Shown: positions 63,005 through 64,000 of the stretch, piece after piece
Layout: each line of letters starts with the position of its first letter
Position numbering within the stretch: position 1 is the first letter of the stretch
NCBI GenBank assembly: GCA_040954595.2
Contig: CM082584.2
Span: 2,387,344-2,451,343 of the forward strand
DNA: 64,000 nucleotides
DNA from: Balanoglossus misakiensis
Lineage: Eukaryota; Animalia; Hemichordata
Direction: 5' to 3'
Notes under the pieces: generated by a model
Databases searched by the model: none
What the model saw: only the letters and a program-made list of their open reading frames with translations
Told to the model about the DNA's origin: nothing
Translations under genes and position numbers: made by a program

Positions 63005-64000
63005 ATTTTCATAATTTGTGGTTTCTGGGACACCGTTTTCTTCACACGACTCATCAGATGAGGATGAGTCAAAGTCGGAGTGGTGCAAATAAGCTCTTTT
63101 TAGTCTATTCACATGTATGACTTTGCGATAATTCCTGGTGCTATATATGAAACGTAACTTGTAATTAACAGGACCCACCTTCACAGAAATAATGTAAGGA
63201 CCTGTCCATGGGACTATTTCGCAACCCCTGGGCAAGTCTCCTGTATTGATATAAACCTTGATGTGTGACAAAGGCTGTTTTTGGTGTACTCTCTTCATCT
63301 AATTCCAATTGAAAAAATCCTGACTGTAAGTCTAGCGTCGAAAAATACTGAGGCTTATTCTTGCCTAACATTTCAAGATATTCGTCCGTTCTGGGTAAGG
63401 GAAACGAATCAGGCACTGTAATATTTTTTAAATGACGGAAATCTGTGCAAAAACGCCACGAACCATCAGGCTTTTTGACTAAAATTATTGGACTAGCAAT
63501 CGGTGAAGTAGACGACTCGATAATATTTAGTTCTAACAGCTGATCAACTTGTCGCTCAAGTTCACGTCTTTTCTCAAGCGTTACTCGGTAAGGTCGACGG
63601 AACGGGGCAGCGCCCTCTTGTAATCGTATTCTATGTTTGATTACATCACAGTTACCTAAACGACCACTAGACTCAACAAAAGCTTCTATATTGTGCAGTA
63701 AAACATCTCTAAGCTGTTTACGCTGAGCCTTAGTTATCTCTAATTCATTAAGCTTCAATTGACCCATCAAATAATCCGTCTCTTTCTGTGTATGGGGCCC
63801 TTCAGGTGAGACACAATTAATGGCATTATTATCGAGTGGGATTATTCGACTATTACAGGGCAAGGGCGAAAACTTTCCAACAACACTGTTTTTCTTAATT
63901 TTGACCACTGTATCCAAAGTGTTTACAACTCGCATGGGAAGAAAATTCTTATCCGAATAGGCCAACACCTTAGCTGCCAAAATAGCCGGCGTTAATCGTG
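63005..64000 (-). pseudogene. Inverted Gypsy pol remnants (RT N-half joined by deletion to the post-integrase tail)
   Basis: SPIILVKKPDGSWRFCTDFR, DSFPLPR, LDLQSGFFQ, KTAFVT, GLRNSP, then WTGPYII..VGPVNYKL..VIHVNRLK. Confidence 0.85.

Overview
AT-rich, intron-containing animal DNA, probably a marine invertebrate (inference from the TE families present); nothing prokaryotic and no RNA genes or CRISPR seen. The window is almost entirely a nested transposon cluster. The left 15 kb holds the 5' end of an unidentified minus-strand host gene (two possible first exons, a 17-nt micro-exon, a 120-nt exon). Its intron contains a complete hATw-like transposon (12-bp TIR, 7-bp TSD, intact spliced ~1241-aa transposase) whose own intron carries a ~550-bp inverted copy of its coding exon. 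Next come an IS3EU element (6-bp TSD; transposase plus HECT E3-like gene), a 7-exon Academ-like element whose transposase is fused to RING-like and papain-fold (herpes-USP-like) domains, and a decayed Transib/CMC (RAG1-clan)-like transposase with SAP and RECQL4/Sld2-N-like motifs, interrupted by a young intact Gypsy LTR element. Further right are a multi-exon Kolobok-like transposase interrupted by a Sola1 element and truncated by a ~500-bp satellite, scrambled Gypsy remnants, and many MITEs and Helentron-type elements. Family and domain names come from recognising motifs by eye, not from database searches.
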